A stretch of 64,000 nucleotides of DNA from Epiperipatus broadwayi (lineage: Eukaryota; Animalia; Onychophora): contig JAQFVV010000006.1 in the NCBI GenBank assembly GCA_028023455.1, positions 7,998,001 through 8,062,000 on the forward strand, in the 5' to 3' direction. The notes under the pieces were generated by a model. That model was given only the letters and a program-made list of their open reading frames with translations, searched no databases and was not told the origin of the DNA. The position numbers and the translations under genes are program-made. Below, in pieces: positions 61,310 through 64,000 of the stretch (positions are counted from its first letter, which is position 1; each line of letters begins with the position of its first letter).

Positions 61310-62380
61310 TAAAAATTGTAATTAAAATTTAAAAGTTTATTAAAATTAAAATATAAATTAGAAATCAAATGACTGTTAATGAAGACAAACATTGTCAGAA
61401 CTCAACTTCTTGTGAAACAATTTTAATAATTTTTGGTCGTTAGTAGGGTACTGGAAATAAGTATTAATAGTAAAATATATTGACTTTTCATTAAAAAGTT
61501 GGTTCAAATATATACAATAATTTCTTAAAAAGTTACAAAAGGAATAATTATTGATAAGAACAACAACAAAAAGATCCAAGATATATAATAATAAAATAAA
61601 AGCATTTTCTCCATAAAAACAAATAAAAAATACTATTACAGAAACATTTTTGATTTAAATTTTTCTGTTTTTTTAATTCTGAATTTAAAAGTTTTTAAAT
61701 AATTGAAGTTGCTTCTTAAATCATTTCCCCCCATTATTCTTGACATCAAAGTAAACATGTTTTATTGTATTTATCTGTGGATTTTAATCATTTTAACAAA
61801 CAATCAATTATTTTTCTTAAAAAAGATACAAAAATAAAAGTAAAATGGAAAACAAAATTAAGAAAATACATACTATATATACACACAAACATTAATGATT
61901 TAAAGATAAAAATATAGGAAAAATTGTTATCTCATATGCAATATAATACCACAATAGTGGTTTCCTTGTTAAAAACAATATTATGAAACACTATATGTAT
62001 TAAAGATCACTGTATAGAAAAGATAAATTTATTTAAAAAATATGAAAGATATAATTAAGATTACACCTGAGAAATTTATTTATTTTGCATATAAAATTTA
62101 TTACTATTATTTTAAAGGCAGTTAAACATTCTAAACATTATAAAAGAATTTATAGAAACTCTAAATTAAACAAATCCACTTTCTTTATTACTGTTACAAA
62201 GCTTATTTTATTAAACCTCATCAATCAGACAGTTTTGATTGACAAGCTATCTTCATGATCAGATGTATAAATTGTATAAAAATACATCGAATACACAAAT
62301 AGTTTATCATATAAACAATATAATCAAACATTATATGATAAATTATTTGTATATTCATGTATTTATATATATATATTATA

Positions 62381-62418
62381 GCTCTGAAGAAGATTGCCAT
62401 TCAATCGAAACTGTCAAA
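62381..62418 (+). ncRNA. Family A minimal hammerhead motif
   Basis: gcu-CUGAAGA-A-GAUUG-ccauu-CAAUC-GAAA-CUG-UC. Confidence 0.7.
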
Positions 62419-62429
62419 TTGATGAAGTT

Positions 62430-62625
62430 GAATACTGATTATATATATGTGTGAGGATAGTAATCTAGACCAACTGATGATTGCTGGTTTAGTATGAAAT
62501 ACGTATATTGGTGATTATTTATCTTTTCAACATGTGTGTGATCAGGTGGGTCAGCAATATGAGATGGCACTGAGAGTGGTGGATCATGTGAAAGTCTGAG
62601 TTCAAACCCCGCATATATTACATAT
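62430..62625 (+). mobile_element. Family C copy with HHR at 62469-62512
   Basis: ACCAA-CUGAUGA-uugcugguuuaguau-GAAA-UACGUA-UA-UUGGU. Confidence 0.85.
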
Positions 62626-63354
62626 ATAAATGCAAGTTTAAGCCTGTACAATATATTAAAATAAGTATTGTAACAGTAATAGAGAAACGCGAATTTGTTT
62701 AATTATTTGGTGAATGGGAGATTCCAAAATTGTGTTACAAGTGGATTTTATTCAATTCTACCCTTACATGTGTAAAATAGACAATCACAACTACTGATTG
62801 GCAATATCCATGTAAATCAAAGAAAGATCAAATTCAGTTGCATAATGCAAAAAATTAGAGAGTAACAAGTCAGATTTTAATTTTGAGTCATATAGTAGAC
62901 TGACATATACCGACAATAGAAGAATGTGACAAATTAAACTCCGATCTGGGAAGCTATCACTCTGGAGTTTGCCATTCTACAACCAGGCAAGATGTACTAC
63001 TAATAATCTAATCCAGCAATGGATCACAGCTTCAGTTGTCACTTTCAGTGCTCAAACAATGTATAAATACCTAAGCAACAAACAAACACAAATATATTAT
63101 CTCTGCATAGATTGAAGCAATGACAGAAGAATGGACTCTGGAGCTACAGGATCCTGGATTGCAATGCAACTCTGTAACTACTGGTATTTGAAATTCTTGT
63201 GAACTTCCAAGAAATAAATCATTCAATTATTTCAACAAAATGATATATGTAAAGATCCAAGGCTTATTTACCAATCCTAGAAAAATAATTTATCATTAAA
63301 AAAAAAAAATCTATAACAGTAATTACAAACAATTTTTGATTCTATTTAGAAGGT

Positions 63355-63760
63355 AATAAACTTCCCTCATATTAAGACAACAATATTAAATATGAGAACA
63401 CTCTCATTCCAGCCATAAGATAAAGACTTAGAGAATATAAAAAGGACCATCTTATTTTCAAACCTAAATGCACTTATACAGGCCAATCAATTTCTTTGAT
63501 AATTTTATTAACAAGTATGAAATATTATAATTTTCTTTGTGCCAATATTAGTTGTTAAAATATGAAATAATCAATGAATTTTACTACTGCAATGTCAGAT
63601 TGTAATTATATTTAGAATAAAACTTCCTCACTAGCACCATACATAATATTAAATCAACAATGTTAAATATGAGGATATTCTCTTTCCAGCCACAAGAGAT
63701 AAAGACTTGTTAGAATATAAAAATAACTGTCTTATTTTCAAACCTAAATGCACTTATATT
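63355..63760. repeat. ~125-140-bp diverged direct repeat
   Basis: ...ttccagcca.aagataaagactt.gagaatataaaaa...tcttattttcaaacctaaatgcacttata at ~63355-63478 and ~63617-63757. Confidence 0.8.
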
Positions 63761-64000
63761 GAGTATAATATTGTACATTTCCCTTTAACAACATCCACAT
63801 TCTGGTGCTATAAAAATCTAACAGATGGGGACTAAATTAATCGATGACTACCAACATCATTTTCAATCATTGGTAATAATATTTACTAAGGCTGTAACCT
63901 TATGAATAAGTGTCTGAAAAATTCGAAGATAGGGACCTCTACAGGTCTTAGCCACAAGCTTACACAAATGTGAAGATTTCTGAATCATAATATCATATGG

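Noticed and set aside
526-62651. Remaining 60-105 aa ORFs in the supplied track
   Set aside because: Low-complexity I/F/Y/K/N-rich translations typical of AT-rich non-coding DNA, or antisense frames of the TEs and HHR repeats already listed.

Overview
Very AT-rich eukaryotic (probably invertebrate animal) genomic DNA, dominated by decayed transposable elements, with no complete protein-coding gene recognisable. Nearly all ORFs in the supplied track are noise or TE fragments. Recognisable content: (1) four Penelope-like retroelement (PLE) remnants (RT and/or GIY-YIG endonuclease), two of them large head-to-head palindromes; (2) many RTE-clade LINE fragments; (3) mariner, Tc1 and hAT remnants, including a hAT MITE with an 8-bp TSD; (4) a ~3 kb diverged tandem segmental duplication; (5) one TATA+Inr promoter with two small candidate exons near 40.2-40.4 kb. 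The main unexplained signal is a dense population of minimal type I hammerhead ribozyme (HHR) motifs in several unrelated non-coding repeat families, here labelled A, B, C and E. Families B and C show HHR-to-HHR tandem monomers of about 454 and 473 nt (retrozyme/circRNA-like). Family E joins a tRNA-like Pol III head to an HHR-like motif. Core variants CUGAUGA, CUGAAGA, UUGAAAA and AUGAAUA occur, the last two keeping the position 3:8 pair. Many HHR repeats sit as head-to-head palindromes with 3' tails pointing outward, the same geometry as the PLEs. Family labels are mine. Boundaries of decayed elements are approximate (about +/-20-50 nt), and all alignments and folds were done by eye.
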